Shown piece by piece: positions 40,110 through 49,985 of a stretch of DNA of 64,000 nucleotides (positions are counted from its first letter, which is position 1; each line of letters begins with the position of its first letter). The notes beneath the pieces are model-generated. The model saw nothing but the letters and a program-made list of their open reading frames with translations. It searched no databases and had not been told where the DNA came from. The stretch spans positions 6,016,001 through 6,080,000 of the forward strand of contig OY843751.1 of NCBI GenBank assembly GCA_963693055.1, given 5' to 3'. Made by a program: the position numbers and the translations under genes. The stretch is from a bacterium (GTDB lineage Bacteria; Zhuqueibacterota; Zhuqueibacteria; Residuimicrobiales; Krinioviventaceae).

Positions 40110-40637
40110 AGAAAATTGAAAACATGACATTGGGAGAGTTTGCAGCTTTTGTTCAATCTCATTTGAGAGAAAATGAAATAGAATGTATTTTATCCGGAGG
40201 TGCATGTGTTTCAATTTACACAGAAAACAGATATCAATCTTTTGATCTTGATTTTATAGAGAATTTTTCTACAAATACTGATCAATTAGAAAAGGTAATG
40301 AAAAAGTTAAATTTTATTAAAGAAAACAGATATTTTAAACATCAAAATTCAACCTATTTTGTAGAATTTCCACCAGGACCATTGTCCATTGGTGATGAAG
40401 CTATATTTAATTATAATTAAATTCGAAACCGGTGAGTTGAAATTATTAACTCCAACAGATTGTGTTAGAGATAGATTATGTGCATATTATTATTGGAATG
40501 ATCTTCAAACACTAGAACAGGCAGTCATGGTTTCAAAGAAACATAAAGTTGATTTGGAAATTATAAAACAATGGTCAGCTTTAATAAACCAAGAAAATAA
40601 ATACCTGACTTTTAAAGAAAAAGTTGATTTATACTAA
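40106..40637 (+). pseudogene. Frameshifted nucleotidyltransferase-like protein (ORFs 40106-40420 and 40389-40637)
   Basis: LSGGACVSIY..YQSFDLD (GG..DxD NTase motif); EFPPGPL continues after a frame switch near 40410-40420 into KFETGELKLLTPTDCVRDRL; ATGA overlap with the wHTH gene. Confidence 0.7.
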
Positions 40638-40787
40638 ATCTATTTATTATTGTTTTCGGGGAATCTACTTTATTAACCACTTTGCATTTTACTGCTAATT
40701 GTAATATAAAATGTATTTTCAGAAATAATTGACGAATGCGGTGTGTATTCTATATTACTATCCGTATTCATTTTAAGGAAATACTAC

Positions 40788-42131
40788 ATGTTTAACAGAG
40801 CTTTGCGAAGTAGAGCATTCTGGACACTTGATTTTATTCGGGGTGCAAATATAAGAAACCACTTGAATGAATTAAAAAATGCATTTGATGATCCTGTTTC
40901 ATTCAAAAAAGTAAATCAACATCGTCTTGAGGCCATGCTTGATCATGCATGTACAACCACACCGTTTTATAAACAATTTGCCAATTTTAACTCTTTAAAT
41001 GAATTTCCGGTGATTGATAAAAAAGTATTAAAAGAACAAGGTGAAGATATGTTTTCAACTTTGTTCAATCGGTCTGATCTGGTTACACGCGCAACAAGCG
41101 GTTCATCCGGAGTTCCGTTTACATATTATATGACACAGGAAAAATATAAAAAGAGACTTGCAGAAGTTTTGTTTTTCAATAATTGGGCCGGATATGAACT
41201 GGGTATGAAATACGCACATATTAAACCACAGACAAGATCCCGGTGGAAACAATTTTACAACAATGTTCTGGATATTAACCCAACCACCATTGATGAAAAG
41301 TGGCTGGCAGAACAGCGAAAGAATCTAATGGATCCTAAAATCAAGTTTTTGGTCTGTTATCCAACTCCATTGTTATATATTGCTGAATATTGTAAGAACA
41401 TGGGAGATTCTCCGGATCAATTCCATTTAAAGGGAATTGTATGCAGTGCGGAAAAATTGACACCCCAAGTCAGGAAAAAAGCAAATTCTGTATTTGGTTG
41501 TATGCTATTGGACCGCTATTCTTCGCAAGAGCTGGGAATTATTGCGCACCAAAATAAAAATAATGAGAATTATTCTGTAAATCATGTATCACATTATTTT
41601 GAATTATTGAAATTTAACACTGATGAGCCTGTAAAACCGGGAGAACCCGGAAGGGTAGTGGTAACGGATCTGTTTTCTTATGCTATGCCTTTAATAAGAT
41701 ACGAGGTGGGAGACAGCGCGGAATTGTGCAAAGATTTCAATTCAGAAATTCCTCAAATACAATCTATACATGGCAGAATTGTAGATACGGTATATTCAAC
41801 GAGTGGAAAAAGTATAAATTACTCTTCTTTGTATCAGGTTGTGGATCAAAGTTTTGTATTACAAAGCGGAATCTTGCAATTTCAGTTTATACAAAAAGGT
41901 AAAAATATATATGTTGTCAAGTTAAAGGTAAAACCCGCATTTAATCATTCTGAATTGTTGATAAATCGATACAAGGAATTGTTGGGATACGATGCAAATA
42001 TAAAACTGGAATATCTGGATGTTATCCCTCAAGCACAATCTGGTAAGCGGGCAATCGTAATTAATGAATACAAGAATGCGTCATTGTCCAGTGAAACGGA
42101 ACTGTTACCCTATATAAATCAGGCGAATTAA
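40788..42131 (+). CDS. Phenylacetate-CoA ligase/CapK-like enzyme (copy 2)
   Basis: Collinear paralog of 35192-36538 (ATSGSSGVP, YSSQELG, YAMPLIRYEVGD); ATG at 40788 with AAGGA. Confidence 0.82.
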   Translation: MFNRALRSRAFWTLDFIRGANIRNHLNELKNAFDDPVSFKKVNQHRLEAMLDHACTTTPFYKQFANFNSLNEFPVIDKKVLKEQGEDMFSTLFNRSDLVTRATSGSSGVPFTYYMTQEKYKKRLAEVLFFNNWAGYELGMKYAHIKPQTRSRWKQFYNNVLDINPTTIDEKWLAEQRKNLMDPKIKFLVCYPTPLLYIAEYCKNMGDSPDQFHLKGIVCSAEKLTPQVRKKANSVFGCMLLDRYSSQELGIIAHQNKNNENYSVNHVSHYFELLKFNTDEPVKPGEPGRVVVTDLFSYAMPLIRYEVGDSAELCKDFNSEIPQIQSIHGRIVDTVYSTSGKSINYSSLYQVVDQSFVLQSGILQFQFIQKGKNIYVVKLKVKPAFNHSELLINRYKELLGYDANIKLEYLDVIPQAQSGKRAIVINEYKNASLSSETELLPYINQAN

Positions 42132-42208
42132 TCGTATTCTGTTTCTGCGAAATACACATTTATTTTGTATTTAGAATTAGTGTAGATTAGTAGATGTGAG
42201 GTGTTGTT

Positions 42209-42577
42209 ATGCATCCGGATATTGAAAGTGATTTAATTAAGGATGTAATTTTATCATTCTATCACAAGGGGCATGAAGAATCTGATCCCGATAAATTTGA
42301 TCAGATCCTGCATGACCAGTGGAAATTATTTTATCTTGATGAAGAAGGGGACCTTCAGGTTGCGGACAAGCGTACCTATCTTTCCTGGTATGATCCCAAA
42401 TTTGCGGATAAGAAACTGCAATGGAACACTAATTTTCATTCAATCGATATTGATGGTCATTTGGCAACTGTAAAGTTGAACATAGAAAACCAGAAATTTG
42501 GATACCTGGTTTATTTTACACTGATGAAATTAGATACCAAATGGTGGATCATGAACAAGATATCCAGACGATTATAG
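42209..42577 (+). CDS. NTF2-like (putative lumazine-binding) protein
   Basis: Size and pattern: FY..GH..D, SIDIDGHLATVK, YFTLMKLD.KWWI.NK. Confidence 0.65.
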   Translation: MHPDIESDLIKDVILSFYHKGHEESDPDKFDQILHDQWKLFYLDEEGDLQVADKRTYLSWYDPKFADKKLQWNTNFHSIDIDGHLATVKLNIENQKFGYLVYFTLMKLDTKWWIMNKISRRL

Positions 42578-43954
42578 TGTTTTAATCGGATAATCTTTAC
42601 TCGGCACTAAAGCCTCTTTCATGAATTCTTCAAGCTGTTTAACCACATCCGGGTGTTGGTCGGCAATGTTATTTTCCTCACCCAGGTCTTTTTCCAGATC
42701 GTACAATTCGAGTGATGCATGGGCGCTTTGTCGTATGCCTTTCCATTTACCGGAACGTACGGCCTGCATGAAATTGTCGCGAACGTGACCGTAATCCCAG
42801 TATAGATATTTGTGTTGTTGTTTTTGTTCTTTACCGAGCAGGGTCGGAAGAACGCTGAAACCGTCAATGTTTTGGGGCGGTTCAATTCCCACCAGTTCCG
42901 CAAAGGTTGGTAACATGTCCCAAAAGGCAAAGATCTGATCCGATGTTTTTCCGGCAGGGACTTTGTTTTTCCATCGCGCAATAAAGGGGATGCGGATTCC
43001 ACCTTCGTACATGTCACGTTTATATCCTTTCAGAGGACCGTTACTGCTAAAAAATTCTGCATCATGTAAACTGCTGCCGTTATAGGGGCCATTATCGCTG
43101 GTGAATATGATCAGTGTATTTTCTTCAAGACCCAGGGATTTGATCTGTTCCATTATTTTACCCACATCTTTATCCATACGCGTGATCATGGCGGCATAGT
43201 TTTTCTCAATCTGCGGCCAGTCTTTGTTTGTATAGGGTGCGTCGTCGGGTACGATGTAATGTTCCGGCGTATCGTCGGGGTAATCTGAATAGTGCGGAAT
43301 GGTATAAGCCAGGTAGAGATAAAACGGGTGCTGCTGATGTTTATCTATAAAGGACTGTGCATGTTCAGTAAACAAATCATGGGTATATTCTTTTTTCTCT
43401 TCAGCGCGATTGCCAAAGAGAAGACGGATCTTGTCATTTTCCCAAAGGTAATCGGGGTAATAGAAATGCGCCTGGTCCTGGTTGAGGTGCCCCAGGAAAT
43501 CATCAAAGCCCTGCATATTTGCAACACCCCATGAACCGGGATTGCCCAGGCTCCACTTGCCTATTCCACCGGTACGGTAACCTGCCTGTTTCATTAGTTC
43601 CGCAATGGTAAAATCATCCGGCTGTAAAAATACACCGTGGGGTAAATTGTCTCTGACGCGATTATGTCCGTTATGTTTTCCGGTCATTAAACTACAGCGT
43701 GAAGGTGCGCAAACTGTTGATCCGGCATACGCCTGGGTAAACCGTGTGCCCTGTTGTGCGAGTTTGTCTATGTTTGGGGTCTTGATCATTTTCTGACCAT
43801 AGCAACCCAAATCGCCATAGCCCAAATCATCTGCCATGATAAAAATGATATTGGGTCGATTAATTGGAGGAGTAGATGCTGCTTTTGCAATTGCAGGAAT
43901 GGTAGACATCGCCAGACCTGCACCAATTGTTTTCATAAAGTGTCTGCGGTCCAT
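42572..43954 (-). CDS. Arylsulfatase (Cys-type, Tat-exported)
   Basis: MDRRHFMK Tat signal at 43954; PNIIFIMADDLGYGD, CAPSR, GKW, FTSDNG, YEGGIRIP. Confidence 0.92.
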   Translation of the reverse strand: MDRRHFMKTIGAGLAMSTIPAIAKAASTPPINRPNIIFIMADDLGYGDLGCYGQKMIKTPNIDKLAQQGTRFTQAYAGSTVCAPSRCSLMTGKHNGHNRVRDNLPHGVFLQPDDFTIAELMKQAGYRTGGIGKWSLGNPGSWGVANMQGFDDFLGHLNQDQAHFYYPDYLWENDKIRLLFGNRAEEKKEYTHDLFTEHAQSFIDKHQQHPFYLYLAYTIPHYSDYPDDTPEHYIVPDDAPYTNKDWPQIEKNYAAMITRMDKDVGKIMEQIKSLGLEENTLIIFTSDNGPYNGSSLHDAEFFSSNGPLKGYKRDMYEGGIRIPFIARWKNKVPAGKTSDQIFAFWDMLPTFAELVGIEPPQNIDGFSVLPTLLGKEQKQQHKYLYWDYGHVRDNFMQAVRSGKWKGIRQSAHASLELYDLEKDLGEENNIADQHPDVVKQLEEFMKEALVPSKDYPIKTL

Positions 43955-44076
43955 TTGTAAATCCTCTGTTTTTTTCAAGTGCGTCGCCTTTATATGATAA
44001 AAGTTATTTAGTTCATCATATAAAGGCGGTTTAATCACTCGAAAATTTTTAAGAATATGTTTTGGTTTGTTTTTTA

Positions 44077-45354
44077 TTAAAACCGGTTGTGCGAACCGGG
44101 AAGCTCTCCATGTACTGATATCGCGATTAGTGCTAGTATTGCAATGATAGCGATCATTACCGGTATGATGATTCCCCAGCGAAGAGCTGTTTCTTTGGGA
44201 TAGTGCTCAAATTCATATATTTCAGCCTTGCCTTTGATCTTCCAAATCAGCAGCGTAATGAACAAGACAACCCAATACAAATAATGATTCAAGCCAGTCA
44301 TACCATAGAAAAAACCGGTAACAATATGACTCATAAGTATATATGCTATTGAAGTAATTAAAAACATTGTAAAGAGATATTCAGGATTCTTCTCGGTCTG
44401 TTTTTCATAGCGTTTCCAAAGGATAACTGCAATTATGGTAGAGATAACAACAATATCCCATCCCAGAATGCGTTGGCCCATAACAAAACCGCTAATATCG
44501 GTTTTCTGTAATTGTTCTGCCATGTTTACCAGACGGTTCCAGTGAAAAGCATGAATAATATTAATTCCCGGTAGAATACCCACCATACCAATTAGTGCCC
44601 ACATGTTTACCCGTTTTGAAAGAGGAGGGATTTCCGGCCATTGTCGCCGGGTTACACCATAGGCCATGCCCAATCCACCGAAAAAGCCCAGTGAAAATTC
44701 CATAACGTTCCACCAGTTAAAAGAAATACCAGAAGTGGCTCCAAGCACCTGTAAAAAGTTGCCAAAGGCAAAACCAAAACCAGCACCCAAAGCAGAATAC
44801 CCGGCTACTACCAAAGCATTACCAAAACCATTACGTTGACAATACCATGCGAGTGCAAGAGCGGCACCCAGAGTCATAGCCCATGCTTCGGAACGGGGAG
44901 GAGTCATATTCCATTCAAACTGGTAAATAATGATGGCCCATACCAATAATCCGATAGCTACCATTTCGGCAATTAAAGTAGCCCAGTTGGGCTTGTGGTC
45001 TTTACGGGTTTCCAATCCTAATCCTAGCAGACCACCACCAATATATCCATACAAACCACCAATAACACCCAACATTACCAGTCCGTACCAGGCGTTAAAA
45101 AAATCTGTGCTGCGGCCATAACCTACAACAATGCCATAACTCATCATACCGCCTACACCCCAACCAAGTCCTGCCAATAGTGCAATAGCCGGAAGATTTT
45201 GCAGCCAGTCTTTACGACGGGTAGCGATGATCAGTGCCATGGCACCAATACTGCCGGCCCAGGCAGCTCCATATTCATGACCAAAGTGACCGCGCAACGC
45301 CCATGTGAGTCCCAGTGCTAAAGCAGTAATTAATAGTATGTAAGAACGTTTCAT
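44077..45354 (-). CDS. Polytopic membrane protein of unknown function
   Basis: About 12 Gly-rich hydrophobic segments; WALRGHFGHEYGAAWAG, GGMMSYG, NWWNVME. Confidence 0.75.
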   Translation of the reverse strand: MKRSYILLITALALGLTWALRGHFGHEYGAAWAGSIGAMALIIATRRKDWLQNLPAIALLAGLGWGVGGMMSYGIVVGYGRSTDFFNAWYGLVMLGVIGGLYGYIGGGLLGLGLETRKDHKPNWATLIAEMVAIGLLVWAIIIYQFEWNMTPPRSEAWAMTLGAALALAWYCQRNGFGNALVVAGYSALGAGFGFAFGNFLQVLGATSGISFNWWNVMEFSLGFFGGLGMAYGVTRRQWPEIPPLSKRVNMWALIGMVGILPGINIIHAFHWNRLVNMAEQLQKTDISGFVMGQRILGWDIVVISTIIAVILWKRYEKQTEKNPEYLFTMFLITSIAYILMSHIVTGFFYGMTGLNHYLYWVVLFITLLIWKIKGKAEIYEFEHYPKETALRWGIIIPVMIAIIAILALIAISVHGELPGSHNRF

Positions 45355-45456
45355 GTTTTATCTCCTCTACGAATAAATATAGTATAATTGTTACAAGTAA
45401 AGGATGCAATAGAAAAATAAATAAAGAGAGAAATATAAACAGAAAGGAATGGATAA

Positions 45457-45497
45457 AAACCGTGGATGAAATGGGTTAAATAATTCATCCACGGTTT
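45457..45497 (-). terminator. Hairpin downstream of the beta-barrel gene
   Basis: AAACCGTGGATGAA-13 nt-TTCATCCACGGTTT. Confidence 0.65.
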
Positions 45498-45517
45498 GAA
45501 AGGGGTAAAAGGATGTT

Positions 45518-46027
45518 TTATTTTAAAAAGCCGGTAATTCCCATTTGAATACCAAAAACATTGTCATCTGATCCGTCTGAAGAAACATTTGAAAAATACA
45601 ATTCTGGTGACAGAGCTATTGCAGAGTTGAGCATATATGCAATACCTGCAGAAAGGCTTAGGTTTGTAGTTGTATTATCGTTGTTAGAATTACCGTTAAC
45701 AGTTATACTGCCACTGATATAGGGATAGGTTTTATCGGGAGTCCGTTCCCAGAAAATGTAAAGGATTGGTCCCAGACCATAAAACGTATAATCCCAGTTT
45801 TTTTTGGTATGGTACTCAATATTTGCTATTCCACCCAAAGCGACCTGATCATTTATAAAAGATGCAATCGAAGTACCCAAATTAATATTCGTGTAATCAT
45901 CGTTAATGCTAAAACTGAGATCGCTTTTTCCATCTATGAGTTTAGATGATTTTGAAAATGGAGCCGAAAAAGCCATGGTAGAGACGAGTAAATATGTACC
46001 CATACAAAGAATTATCGTGTTTCTCAT
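45518..46027 (-). CDS. Small outer-membrane beta-barrel protein
   Basis: Signal peptide, alternating amphipathic strands, near-terminal Phe (GITGFLK). Confidence 0.7.
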   Translation of the reverse strand: MRNTIILCMGTYLLVSTMAFSAPFSKSSKLIDGKSDLSFSINDDYTNINLGTSIASFINDQVALGGIANIEYHTKKNWDYTFYGLGPILYIFWERTPDKTYPYISGSITVNGNSNNDNTTTNLSLSAGIAYMLNSAIALSPELYFSNVSSDGSDDNVFGIQMGITGFLK

Positions 46028-46113
46028 TTTATTCCCCTGATTGTAATTATTATGGAATTATAATGGATTAAACTTTTCAAGTAGAAAATTGTTCCGAAAA
46101 ATATAATAGTATT

Positions 46114-46144
46114 TTGTGAGACAGAAAATAATTCTGCCTCACAA
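46114..46144. repeat. REP-like palindrome copy 2 (plausible terminator)
   Basis: TTGTGAGACAGAA-AATAA-TTCTGCCTCACAA, one mismatch. Confidence 0.55.
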
Positions 46145-46162
46145 TTAAAGATGAAAATTCTC

Positions 46163-47515
46163 TTATACTGCTAAATCTGCTCCGCGAGCGGTCACAATTT
46201 TTATGACATCTTGAGGGTCAATGTCGCGGGGATTGCAATTTTTTTGTACGCACAAGGCAGCGGTTATGCCGGCAGCCTGACCCATCATAGAGCCGGAGGT
46301 ACTGACTCTTGCGGAGGATAATGCCAACTGATCAGCGGAAAAACACCGTCCTGCCATCATCAGGTTTGTTCCGTCTTTAGCGACAAGGCTACGCAAAGGG
46401 ATCTGATAGGGAGGCACCTCTAGTTCGTCTTTAGGAAGAATGTAGGTGCGTTTGTCATCATCGGGTTTATGACCGTCCAAATAAAAAGTGCCTCGAGCCA
46501 CACCATCGTCAAACGCACGACCGGCACGCAGGTCATCCACATTTAAAACATAGTCACCTTTGATTCGACATCCCTCACGCGTACCAATAATAGGACTGCA
46601 ATGGTCAAGGCGCCAGGGTTTGTTTTCAACACGTTGATGGTAATCCATCACCTCCATCATACGCCGACGTCCCTGAATTTCGGCAGCTGTCATGGATTCT
46701 GTATCTGTAGAATCGAACATGGGGACCTTTATCTTGATGGCGTTGCCTCCGGGGCCATCGGGCCAGATGCTGGTCATGGGGAGGTCGTCTTTGGTACGCA
46801 CAGGATTCAAACAACCTTCGGGCAAATGCGGTGTTGCAAGTTCCGGTTTAACATGGCGTACAAAATACATCATTGACATGGGGAGTTGGTAGCCGCTGGG
46901 ACCGCCCTTAATCGTCTCAAATCCTGCATAGCGGGCAACATCAGCTTCGCCAGAGCAATCGATAAATTGTTTCGCTCGAATGGCTTGCATACCGCTTTTT
47001 CCGCAGATGATGCATTCTTTTATGTGCCCTTTATCGTTTACATTTACATCTACAAAGCGGGTGTGAAGCAGCAGTTTTACATTGCGCTTTAGCAGCATTT
47101 CCTGCAATATAACAGCAAGTATCTCGTAATGGAATACACTATTTTTAGTCTCGTTTCCCAATGCGTTAAATTGACGCAGATTGGTGAGGATGGATTCAAA
47201 GACTTCGCCCTGCTTTTCCATCTGTCCGCAAAAGTTTGCAACACCACCCGTAGTAAGCATACCACCGGTTACGGCAAAACGCTCAACAAGCAGAACGCTG
47301 GCACCGGATTTAGCTGCGGCGCATGCCGCCGATACCCCGGCTATCCCGCCACCAATAACAGCAATGTCTACATCATATTTAACCGGGATTTGCCTTGACA
47401 TTGTAACAGTTTGATTGTTTTTACGGGTATTTGCTAAAAGCTTTTTACTACCGGGAACGGTTAATGCCGCCGCAGCGGGTACTCCCAGAGATTTAATAAA
47501 TTGTCGTCTTTTCAT
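46163..47515 (-). CDS. FAD-dependent oxidoreductase, Tat-exported
   Basis: MKRRQFIK Tat motif; VIGGGIAGVSAA; IDCSGEAD; YQIPLRSL; AGRCFS. Confidence 0.85.
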   Translation of the reverse strand: MKRRQFIKSLGVPAAAALTVPGSKKLLANTRKNNQTVTMSRQIPVKYDVDIAVIGGGIAGVSAACAAAKSGASVLLVERFAVTGGMLTTGGVANFCGQMEKQGEVFESILTNLRQFNALGNETKNSVFHYEILAVILQEMLLKRNVKLLLHTRFVDVNVNDKGHIKECIICGKSGMQAIRAKQFIDCSGEADVARYAGFETIKGGPSGYQLPMSMMYFVRHVKPELATPHLPEGCLNPVRTKDDLPMTSIWPDGPGGNAIKIKVPMFDSTDTESMTAAEIQGRRRMMEVMDYHQRVENKPWRLDHCSPIIGTREGCRIKGDYVLNVDDLRAGRAFDDGVARGTFYLDGHKPDDDKRTYILPKDELEVPPYQIPLRSLVAKDGTNLMMAGRCFSADQLALSSARVSTSGSMMGQAAGITAALCVQKNCNPRDIDPQDVIKIVTARGADLAV

Positions 47516-47605
47516 AATTACCTACTCTACGATTGTCTTTTTTGAAACATAGCAAATTAAAAACTAAATTTCAATATTTTTCGAATACGCGAATTTCGAC
47601 AATAC

Positions 47606-47800
47606 TTGTTAGCTGCATGTAGTGATGATCCGATATCCAGTGGAAACGCTCCTTCGGACCATACGATAAACAAGGATGGAGTTAAGCATGAAACCGGACT
47701 TTCGAATTCTCCCCAGAACTGTGTCTCATGTCATGGTTCTGATCTCAAAGGGGGAGATGTGGGCGTATCCTGCTTTTCGTGTCATGGCAAAAAATGGTAG
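47606..47800 (+). pseudogene. 5'-truncated small diheme c-type cytochrome lipoprotein
   Basis: CVSCH and CFSCH motifs; lipobox LAAC with no preceding signal peptide; in-frame TAA at 47558 and no ATG before it. Confidence 0.6.
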
Positions 47801-47811
47801 AGTAACGATAA

Positions 47812-47839
47812 TAGCAGTCCGGGGATAACCGGACTGCTA
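47812..47839 (+). terminator. Hairpin after the cytochrome remnant
   Basis: TAGCAGTCCGG-GGATAA-CCGGACTGCTA. Confidence 0.55.
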
Positions 47840-47911
47840 AATAAAAGGATTGAATTCCTGCCAATATTCTCTTATCTTTTTAATTCATGACCAGATAGAT
47901 AGGAGACTATA

Positions 47912-49915
47912 TTGAAAAATACCCTGAAAAGTATTATTCTTTTTTGTATGGTTACTGCAAGCTTGTATGCATCAGATAGTAAAAAACTTGTGATTGAACG
48001 ATACAGAGAGCTGCTTTTAAAAAACAGTACTGCTCCTGATAATCAGTTAATTGCAGGATATATGGATACTCTATTACCTGATGGAACCTGGTCGGATATT
48101 GATTATACGAATCAATCCCGTGCTGATTGGAAACCCTCTCATCATTTAAGACGAATCTTGACTACTTCTTATGCTTTAGCCAAAAACAGCCTTCCTGATG
48201 AAAAACGCAAGGAATATCTTGAAAAGGTAGAGCTGGCATTAAAACACTGGACGGATGAGCGTTACCAATGTGATAACTGGTGGCACAACCGCATCGGCGT
48301 TCCAAGAAATATGCGAGATATTATTATCCTTTTGGGTAAAGATCTATCAGGAGAGCAACGAAAAGCGTGCCTTGAGGTAGTGAATCAATTGAAAATATAC
48401 AAAACCGGGGCCAACCTGATATGGAGTTCTGAACTGGCTTTGCACCATGGTTGTATGACAAATGATGAAGAACAGATAAAGCATGCCCTATCTACAGTTG
48501 AGGGCGAAATTGTGAATACAAAGCCAGAAGGGATTCAACAGGATTGGAGCTTTTTCCAGCACCATGAGCGATTACAAATTTTTCACTATGGCTATGTGTA
48601 TCTGGATATTATTGTCAAGATTGGCTGGCAGGTACAGGGAACAGACTGGGATATACCTGACGAAAAAAAACAGATCATTACAAATTATATTTTAAATGGG
48701 ATACAATGGATGTGCCGGGGAGAATATACGGTTCCATCTACTATGGACAGAGGGGCGAGTCGAAAAGGCAGTTTGTATATACCCTACTTGAAGACTTGTG
48801 TTGATATGTGGAAACAGGTAGATCATAAAAATACAGCGGTATTGGAATATTTCATTGAGGCTAGTAAAGCCGGCATCTCTGCAGTACAGGGATATAAGCA
48901 TTTTCCGGATGCGGATTTTAGTGTTTATCATTTACCGGAGAGCAGTATCTTTTTAAAAACCGTTTCTACCCGCACGCTTTTAACCGAGACTACCAATAGT
49001 GAAAACCTTATGGGTAAACCCTATCTCAATTGCGGAGATCATTATGTGTTACAGTCTGGTAAAGAATATAACAACATTCAACCCCTTTGGGATTGGCAGC
49101 ATTTACCCGGATTAACAGTAGTGGATGACAGTACAAAGCAAATACAAACAGATTTTTGCGGAGGTGTTGGTAGAGAAAAAGACGGAGTAACTGCAATGCA
49201 GTACCTGCGTAAAGGTGAAAACGGTGAATTGTCTGTTAATAAATTATGGGCTTTTCACGAGGGGATAATGATTTGTCTAATTGGCGGTCTAAAAGCAGAT
49301 AATTTATCCAATCCGGTTACTTCACTTGAGCAAAATTGGCTCAAAGACGACTTGGTATATGCAGTAAATGGAAAAGTAAACCGACCGGTCAATTCTGAAA
49401 TAATCGTTGAACATGTTGATTGGGTGCTGCATAATGGCATTGGTTATATTCCTGTAAATGGTAATTTGTCAATTCACGCGGGCGAGGTAGACGGATCTTG
49501 GGGTAGAATCAATATCCAGTATGATTCTTCCAAAGTAACGGGAGATGTGTTTAAACTGCAGCTTTTACATGGTGATAATCCTCAGGCATCAGGATATTTA
49601 GTTATCCCCAATACGGATGAAGCGTCTATGAAAATGTGGATAACTCTGCCGGACTGGCAAGTGCTGCAAAACGACGATACCGCCCAAATCCTCAAATTTT
49701 CTGATGGAACCTATATGGCAGCGGTGTATGATCCTGCTTTTTGCAGTAAATTATACCCTTGTGTGGAAAAGTCCTGTATAATGATTTGGGATGAGAATAA
49801 TTTGTGGATAACTGATCCTACACAAAAAGGCGGCAAAACAACAATAACCTATCAAGGTAAAAGTTATCCACAAGTTTTACCGGAAAAAGGGCGGGCTGTA
49901 CAGATCAAGTGGTGA
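47912..49915 (+). CDS. Polysaccharide lyase family 8 (chondroitinase/xanthan lyase-like)
   Basis: DGTWSDIDY, NWWHNRIGVP, TGANLIW, GIQQDWSFFQH, WDWQHLPGLT, WVLHNGIGY. Confidence 0.88.
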   Translation: MKNTLKSIILFCMVTASLYASDSKKLVIERYRELLLKNSTAPDNQLIAGYMDTLLPDGTWSDIDYTNQSRADWKPSHHLRRILTTSYALAKNSLPDEKRKEYLEKVELALKHWTDERYQCDNWWHNRIGVPRNMRDIIILLGKDLSGEQRKACLEVVNQLKIYKTGANLIWSSELALHHGCMTNDEEQIKHALSTVEGEIVNTKPEGIQQDWSFFQHHERLQIFHYGYVYLDIIVKIGWQVQGTDWDIPDEKKQIITNYILNGIQWMCRGEYTVPSTMDRGASRKGSLYIPYLKTCVDMWKQVDHKNTAVLEYFIEASKAGISAVQGYKHFPDADFSVYHLPESSIFLKTVSTRTLLTETTNSENLMGKPYLNCGDHYVLQSGKEYNNIQPLWDWQHLPGLTVVDDSTKQIQTDFCGGVGREKDGVTAMQYLRKGENGELSVNKLWAFHEGIMICLIGGLKADNLSNPVTSLEQNWLKDDLVYAVNGKVNRPVNSEIIVEHVDWVLHNGIGYIPVNGNLSIHAGEVDGSWGRINIQYDSSKVTGDVFKLQLLHGDNPQASGYLVIPNTDEASMKMWITLPDWQVLQNDDTAQILKFSDGTYMAAVYDPAFCSKLYPCVEKSCIMIWDENNLWITDPTQKGGKTTITYQGKSYPQVLPEKGRAVQIKW

Positions 49916-49940
49916 TGATATTGCGAATATAAACTAAATG

Positions 49941-49969
49941 AACGTGATGGAGATTATCACCGTTACGTT
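49941..49969. repeat. REP-like palindrome copy 3 between convergent lyase genes
   Basis: AACGTGATGGAGATTATCACCGTTACGTT, imperfect palindrome. Confidence 0.55.
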
Positions 49970-49985
49970 ATTATTGATTAAAGTC

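Noticed and set aside
49864-49872. Perfect DnaA box TTATCCACA
   Set aside because: Isolated, inside the PL8 coding sequence, with no cluster or unwinding element
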